From Candidatus Zixiibacteriota bacterium (GTDB lineage: Bacteria > Zixibacteria > MSB-5A5 > GN15 > FEB-12), in NCBI GenBank assembly GCA_041742355.1, contig JBGSIV010000220.1:1-26412 (forward strand): a DNA stretch of 26,412 nucleotides, read 5' to 3'. A model generated the notes under the pieces. The model ran no database searches, had not been told where the DNA came from, and saw only the letters and a list, made by a program, of their open reading frames with translations. The number at the start of each line of letters is the position of its first letter. Positions within the stretch are counted from its first letter, which is position 1. Position numbers and translations under genes: made by a program. Positions 24,380-26,412 of the stretch are shown piece after piece.

Positions 24380-26412
24380 CTACGCATTCGGCGCGAACGA
24401 TTCCACGAAGTCCTTCAGATCGGTCGCGATCTCAGCGGCCCGCTGATACCGTTTCTGCGGATCCTTCTTCAGCGCCTTCATAATGATATGGTCGAACAAC
24501 ATCGGGATCTGCGGATTGATGTCGCTCGGCTTATCCGGCTCGTGGTTGATAATCGCGTAAATCAATGACGTGATGTTCTCGCCCTTGAACGGACGGCGGC
24601 CAAGCAGCATTTCGTACATCACGACACCCAGCGAGAAGAGGTCGGCCCGATGGTCGCTTTTTTGGCCGCGAAGCTGCTCGGGAGAGATGTAGTTGGGCGT
24701 ACCCATAGCGATACCGGTCTTGGTCATCGAGCTGGTGTCAATACGGGCAATACCGTAATCCATCACCTTGACGCGATAGTCCTTCAGGACCATGATATTG
24801 GCCGGTTTTATATCACGGTGCACGATCCCCTGCTGGTGGGCGTACTGCAGGGCCGAGCAGATCTGCATGATGATCTCGGCGATAATCCGGTAATTGAACT
24901 TGGTCTTCTTCTTGATCATGTCCTCGAGTGTGCGCCCCTCGAGGTATTCCATGGCGATGTACTGCAGGGGGCCATCGGAGCCGACATCGTAGATCGTCAC
25001 GATGTTCGGGTGCGACAGCTTGCCCGCCGCTTGGGCCTCGCGGTAGAGGCGCTCCTTGAGCTCGTTCATCTCCTCAGGATCCGTCACAAAATCCAGCCGG
25101 ATCGTCTTGAGGGCGACCGGGCGGTTGATGGCCGGGTCGACGCCTTTGTAGACTAAGCCCATTGCTCCCTTACCGAGTGCCCCGGTTATCTGGTAGCGGC
25201 CGAGGCTGGCAGGGATCTGCGTCTGACCGGTGGGCCCGCTTCCCCAGGCACCGGACTCGGTTCCGGTCGATTCGTTGGACGTTGCTGCCTCGGTCGAGGG
25301 AGCGGCCAGGGAGATGTCGGCGGCATCATCGTCTTCAACCGTCGGGGCGGGGGAGTACGAGGAGGCGGCTTCACTGATCTGGAAATCGTCGTCATCCACC
25401 GAAGTGGCGTCGAACTGCGGCTCACGCATCTTTGCGCCCGGCTTCTGCTTGCCGTCGAACTCAATGGGCTTGTCGATGTCTATGGCGGTGTGATCGACTG
25501 GAGCTTCATTGCCTTTCCCGCCCACGCCGACAGAATCATAGTCAATAACCGCGGTCGCCGCGTTTTCGGGAGCATTGGCGTGGTCGCGCAGCTCGCGGAC
25601 GGGGGCGCGGGCGATGTCCTCTGGCTTCACCTGCCGGCGTTCGGCCAGCGCGATCGGATCGAGGTCGAGATCCTTGCGTCGGGCCGGGGCCTCGCCCCTG
25701 ATCAACTGGGATTCCAGCATCGGTGCGGCAACCATGAAGAGCAGCAGTTCGAGGGCGATGTAAATCGTTTCCGGGATGACCCGAAACGCGCTGACCATGA
25801 AGTAGTTGACATTGGCCAGCAGGATGAGGCCGATAATGAGGATTACAAACCGGTACATGACCGGCACCTGCGGCAGGAGGAAGCCGAAGACGGCTCCAAG
25901 CGCCAGCATGATCAGAACGGTTGTGCCCGTGCCGCGCTGCGGGATCAGAAAGTCGCTGTTGATGATATTCTCGGCGGCTGCGGCCTGAATTTGCAGTTTT
26001 GTGGCGCCGGCCGACTGGACAGTCCGAAACGTTTCGCGAGCGGCAATGTCGTTGAGTCCGATCATGACCAGTTTGCCCGCCAGCTGTGAGCGATTGAACC
26101 GATCGCTCAGGATATCGGAGGCGGAGAAGTTGACGATCGATCCCTCGGGCGGGAAGTTGACGAAAAACTCACTGCGCTCGTTGATCGGAATGACCGTGTG
26201 ACTGCCCAGGTGAATCTCGGCGGCTTCGATGACTTTGATATCGGACGCGCTCACCCCCCGGTAGGCGGCGGCCGCGATGAGCGGCAGCGCGGGGTAGTAG
26301 TAGCCCTCGAAGTGCACCAGCAGGGGCTGGTGGCGCAGGACGCGGTCGTGATCGGGCTGGACGTAGTCGAAGCCGAGCTTGGGGGAGATCTCCAGCAATC
26401 TTCGGGCCGGCA
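24380..26412 (-). CDS. CHASE2-domain membrane Ser/Thr protein kinase (Hanks type), 5'-truncated by the window
   Basis: The frame stays open to the window edge. CHASE2-like LGFDYVQPDHDRVLRHQPL...LAGKLVMIG...IQAAAAENII, then three TM helices, an acidic linker, and a kinase with LGKGAMGLVY, VALK, HRDIKPAN, DYG, GTPNYISPEQ, DLFSLG. Confidence 0.92.
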   Translation of the reverse strand, partial: PARRLLEISPKLGFDYVQPDHDRVLRHQPLLVHFEGYYYPALPLIAAAAYRGVSASDIKVIEAAEIHLGSHTVIPINERSEFFVNFPPEGSIVNFSASDILSDRFNRSQLAGKLVMIGLNDIAARETFRTVQSAGATKLQIQAAAAENIINSDFLIPQRGTGTTVLIMLALGAVFGFLLPQVPVMYRFVILIIGLILLANVNYFMVSAFRVIPETIYIALELLLFMVAAPMLESQLIRGEAPARRKDLDLDPIALAERRQVKPEDIARAPVRELRDHANAPENAATAVIDYDSVGVGGKGNEAPVDHTAIDIDKPIEFDGKQKPGAKMREPQFDATSVDDDDFQISEAASSYSPAPTVEDDDAADISLAAPSTEAATSNESTGTESGAWGSGPTGQTQIPASLGRYQITGALGKGAMGLVYKGVDPAINRPVALKTIRLDFVTDPEEMNELKERLYREAQAAGKLSHPNIVTIYDVGSDGPLQYIAMEYLEGRTLEDMIKKKTKFNYRIIAEIIMQICSALQYAHQQGIVHRDIKPANIMVLKDYRVKVMDYGIARIDTSSMTKTGIAMGTPNYISPEQLRGQKSDHRADLFSLGVVMYEMLLGRRPFKGENITSLIYAIINHEPDKPSDINPQIPMLFDHIIMKALKKDPQKRYQRAAEIATDLKDFVESFAPNA

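Noticed and set aside
1..26412. CRISPR arrays, tRNA/rRNA genes, IS elements, prophage or defence genes
   Set aside because: None seen. The window is almost fully coding, intergenic gaps are under 200 bp, and I found no regularly spaced repeats or transposase/integrase motifs.

Overview
GC-rich bacterial DNA from a diderm. The T9SS/FlgD-like C-terminal domain suggests an FCB-group lineage such as Zixibacteria, but that is a weak inference. The window has four blocks. (1) 1-5896, a translationally coupled operon: end of a cyclodeaminase/cyclohydrolase (FTCD_C-like) gene, a YciV/TrpH-type PHP phosphoesterase, a secreted HExxH metalloprotease-like protein with a Cys-rich triple repeat, an ECF S-component and a TonB-dependent-receptor-like beta-barrel. 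(2) 5962-9305, a probably leaderless operon: HD hydrolase, UMF1/Atg22-like MFS transporter, a second PHP hydrolase, and a 138-aa protein resembling eukaryotic phosphohistidine phosphatase PHPT1 (Janus/Ocnus). (3) 9503-24203, a complete 14-subunit complex I operon (nuoA-N). (4) A convergent, 5'-truncated CHASE2-3TM-Ser/Thr kinase gene. The main finding is a small CPYC glutaredoxin-like gene inserted between nuoM and nuoN. Its apparent TGA stop is followed by GGT TTC TAA and a SECIS-like hairpin, so it is probably a selenoprotein ending GGG-U-GF, embedded in the complex I operon. The second is the bacterial PHPT1-like gene. All family assignments come from motif recognition by eye; no database search was run.
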